NCBI GenBank assembly: GCA_963773045.1
Contig: CAVYZT010000013.1
Coordinates: 207,137 to 271,136, forward strand
Length of the DNA: 64,000 bases
DNA from: an uncultured Acidobacteriota bacterium
Lineage (GTDB): Bacteria > Acidobacteriota > Vicinamibacteria > Vicinamibacterales > UBA2999
Direction: 5' to 3'
The translations under genes and the position numbers were made by a program. Below, in pieces: positions 63,472 to 64,000 of this stretch (within the stretch, counting starts at the first letter, position 1; each line of letters opens with the position of its first letter). The notes under the pieces were generated by a model. The model was given only the letters and a program-made list of their open reading frames with translations, made no database searches and was not told the DNA's origin.

Positions 63472-64000
63472 ATGACGACATCGACGACCGCAGAGGTCGG
63501 CCACGGAGGCAAGAAGCCAACCGTCGTGGAGATCGCTGGGTTCCGAGGCCGGCTGATCAGTGCCGACCATGCCGAATACGACATCGCCCGTGCAGTGTGG
63601 AACGGTGCCATCGACCGGCGCCCGCGCCTGATCGCCCGCTGCATCGGGACCGCCGACGTGGTCGCGGCCGTGCGTTTCGCCCGCGACCACGATCTGGAGA
63701 TCGCCATACGGGGCGGAGGCCACAACGTGGCGGGCACCGCCGTTTGCGACGACGGGATCGTCGTCGATCTCTCGGCGATGCGAGCCGTGCGGGTCGATCC
63801 CGCCGGCCGCAGCGCCTGGGTGCAGGGTGGAGCGCTGTGGGGCGACGTCGACCACGAGACGCAGGCGCACGGCCTGGCCACCACAGCCGGAATCGTGAGC
63901 CACACCGGAGTCGCCGGGCTCACCCTCGGCGGTGGCGTCGGTTGGCTGATGCGCAAGCACGGCCTCACCATCGACAACCTCCTCGCCGTTGACGTCGTGA
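63472..64000 (+). CDS. FAD-binding (PCMH/FAD_binding_4) oxidoreductase, 3'-truncated by the window end
   Basis: AGGAGGA RBS. ...VVAAVRFARDHDLEIAIRGGGHNVAG...GVAGLTLGGGVGWL. Not in the ORF track because no stop is reached. Confidence 0.8.
   Translation, partial: MTTSTTAEVGHGGKKPTVVEIAGFRGRLISADHAEYDIARAVWNGAIDRRPRLIARCIGTADVVAAVRFARDHDLEIAIRGGGHNVAGTAVCDDGIVVDLSAMRAVRVDPAGRSAWVQGGALWGDVDHETQAHGLATTAGIVSHTGVAGLTLGGGVGWLMRKHGLTIDNLLAVDVV

Noticed and set aside
63447-63992. 181-aa ORF from the track (MAIKRGGPNDDIDDRRGRPRR..)
   Set aside because: It is the wrong frame. The frame starting at 63472 after AGGAGGA gives a textbook FAD_binding_4 protein (..IAIRGGGHNVAG..) and runs off the window.

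Overview
GC-rich chromosomal window (about two-thirds G+C by eye, not computed). The gene content looks like Acidobacteriota: an ADOP-type duplicated FtsX permease, a CarboxypepD_reg-type TonB receptor, a DUF1592/DUF1552 pair, a BNR/sortilin-like protein and a CBM9/DUF5916 barrel. I found no rRNA, tRNA, CRISPR array, prophage or recognisable defence system.

The core is a large K+ homeostasis locus at about 7.8-24 kb:
- KdpD is split into two divergently transcribed halves, followed by kdpE.
- The transporter operon runs porin, 27-aa peptide, kdpF, kdpA, kdpC, kdpB, which is an unusual order.
- A second stand-alone KdpD-N/Usp protein is coupled to a periplasmic 4HB-HAMP-PAS kinase.
- That kinase is followed by a response regulator with an unknown output domain and a 4HB lipoprotein.
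- The adjacent kup gene is disrupted.

Other content:
- three OmpR-type two-component pairs, one of them with degP/htrA
- regBA
- a metal ABC remnant locus
- a TonB receptor-MFS-propeller operon
- a DUF1592-DUF1552-ankyrin-transglutaminase cluster
- a translationally coupled operon built around a PA14-GT-C membrane protein with two ankyrin proteins

The most unusual signal is non-coding. Almost every intergenic gap holds structured repeats from at least four families:
1. locus-specific short tandem arrays, mostly heptads and often arranged as inverted arrays
2. a RAYT (Y1/HUH transposase) flanked by oppositely oriented GTAG-REP hairpin arrays
3. a 78-250 bp CGATCG-rich, MITE-like element with terminal inverted repeats (4-5 copies)
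4. an 80-90 bp GGGGCCTGGCCC-ended hairpin (2 copies)

Three genes (the second sensor kinase, kup, and a lipoprotein) each carry an apparent single-base insertion frameshift. I could not run any search or computation, so all homology calls rest on motifs read by eye.
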